A stretch of DNA of 64,000 bases. Origin: a virus (taxonomy: Duplodnaviria; Caudoviricetes). Both the position numbers and the translations under genes were made by a program. The stretch lies in IMG/VR virus record IMGVR_UViG_3300021399_000127, positions 1 through 64,000 of that record; one strand, 5' to 3'. The notes under the pieces were generated by a model. The model was not told the DNA's origin. It did not search any database and saw only the letters and a program-made list of their open reading frames with translations. Below are positions 62,501 to 64,000 of the stretch, in pieces (the stretch's first letter is position 1; each line of letters begins with the position of its first letter).

Positions 62501-64000
62501 CCGAGAAGATTTGATTCTTTACTTGAAGATCCGTAGCACATATCTAAAGATGTTGTAGCAGGAGTTAAAATGTATCTGTACATGTCTAATAATTACAAAG
62601 ACATGTAGGATATTGAGGCATAGCTAAACATGTTAGAGTATAACATGAGAGATGATATTAGGCAAACTCCTTTAAATCATAGCGAATATGGTTTTAAATC
62701 TGCAGAGAGATCTGATGAAGTAATGAAACGTATGATAAACACTCATGTATACGAGGATCAGTCAGCATGGGGCGCAGATACGCCAATGAAAGTTGCCATT
62801 AGCAAAATACACAAACAAGTGAGCAAATATCTCGTTTTGCAACTCTTGGCATTTAATGTAATGTCTGTAGCTACAGGTTTTGTTGATCAGATGAGTAGGT
62901 TGTTAACAGTTGCTTTTTCCGGTAAACTATTTTCTCCTATAGATTTCATATATGGACTAGGATCAACTATATACCACACACCAGCTATGATATGGAATAT
63001 GGGCAAGTCATATAACAAATAGGGTGATAAATTGGTAGGAACAATGGCTGCACTTGGAATTGGGGCTGATTACAAAGAAATTGTTGAATATACGTCGAAG
63101 AGTCAGCTTAGAAATGTTGTTGTAAACTCTGCTCTTGGTGCATATTCTATGATGGATTACTATGGTTCTTCTACGGCTCTTGTAGCAATGATGAGACAAA
63201 GGAAGTTTTACGATGGAGGTGTTGTACCAGCTGGGTTTTACACATCATATGAACTTTAGAATAAGCTTAAAGATGCCGGAATGTCCCCAATGGAAGCTAG
63301 AATACATGCCTATCGGTCCAGACTTATGTCACACACTACAATGTGGGGTGCTGTAAAGATAGAACCAGGAGGCAAATTTGTTGTAAAACCAAAATGGTAG
63401 CAATACATAAAGACAAAAGATATATCTCAGCTACGTAAATCTGCGTTACAACAAGGTGCGTTATTTGCTGGTACCAATCCTAAAAACGATAAGCCGTTTA
63501 TAAACATAAACGCACTAGGTATGGCTTTAACCGGCATGCGCGGATGGCTTCAACAGAGTTTATAGTGGCAAGGTCTTTTAGATGGTATATAGGATGATAC
63601 ATCTGTACGGGAGTTTGAAGAAAAAGAAGAGGAAGTCATACGGCATGGTAAAACTACAAAGAAGGTTAAGCTTAAGCGTAAAGGTAGAACGCCTGAATAG
63701 AAGTATAGAAGGTTCTCTTGGAACTTTGAAATGGGAATGCCAGACGACAACGTACTGACAAATGTTGTACGTAGTATTCCTAGAGTAATACGTTCGTTTT
63801 GTGATCTTGTGACATTTAACCTTGGAAAAGCGTCAAAAAGGATATCTTATTCAGAGCGTAAGGCTTGGAGAGCTTTGATCATGTATGTAGCATCTATAGT
63901 ATTGATAGGATAGACGATAAGTCCGTTAGTAGATTGGGCCAATACAGCACCGGCTCCACCTGCATATAGTACAGCCAAAAAGCTTAAATCATACCAGACT
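56546..64000 (+). CDS. giant virion cargo protein, 3'-truncated by the window (2485 codons or more)
   Basis: N-terminal CPN...APNGAESKLF motif. Fragments 57188 to 63731 are in one frame with TAG-only interruptions. Zincin HEYTH at 58352-58366. Confidence 0.85.

Noticed and set aside
2627-64000. Mass pseudogenisation or sequencing error as the cause of fragmented ORFs
   Set aside because: Interruptions are exclusively TAG, frames never shift, catalytic motifs are intact, and a cognate suppressor tRNA is present.

Overview
This window is the late (virion, lysis and injected-cargo) region of a crAss-like phage (order Crassvirales, Bacteroidota host). All genes are on the + strand. The ORF track looks fragmented only because it uses the standard code. 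Read with TAG=Gln (translation table 15), the fragments join into about 37 closely packed genes that all end in TAA or TGA and often overlap at TAATG/ATGA junctions. The phage encodes its own amber-suppressor tRNA(CUA) at 1945-2019, directly after an anticodon-less tRNA-like element. Gene order: GroES-like, HU-like, tRNAs, dUTPase, a 1050-aa fibre, putative TerS, TerL, portal, tail-type lysozyme, zincin, scaffold-like, major capsid, neck/ring proteins, putative auxiliary capsid, fibres, lysis cassette, ring, IHF-like, tail tube, muzzle, two cargo proteins, a 5905-aa virion RNA polymerase polyprotein, and a further giant cargo gene that runs off the end. Main points of interest: (i) four domains (Macro-like, NADAR-like, DUF1848-type radical SAM, SLOG) fused to the C-terminus of the injected RNA polymerase, a candidate co-injected DNA-repair or anti-ADP-ribosylation kit; (ii) a steep gradient of TAG use, from none in capsid genes to most Gln codons in lysis genes, with about 76 TAGs in one ORF, which implies near-complete RF1 bypass; (iii) the anticodon-less tRNA; (iv) a short [FY]xxGK motif shared by several predicted cargo proteins. 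Domain calls come from motifs recognised by eye and were not checked against databases. Codon counts are manual.
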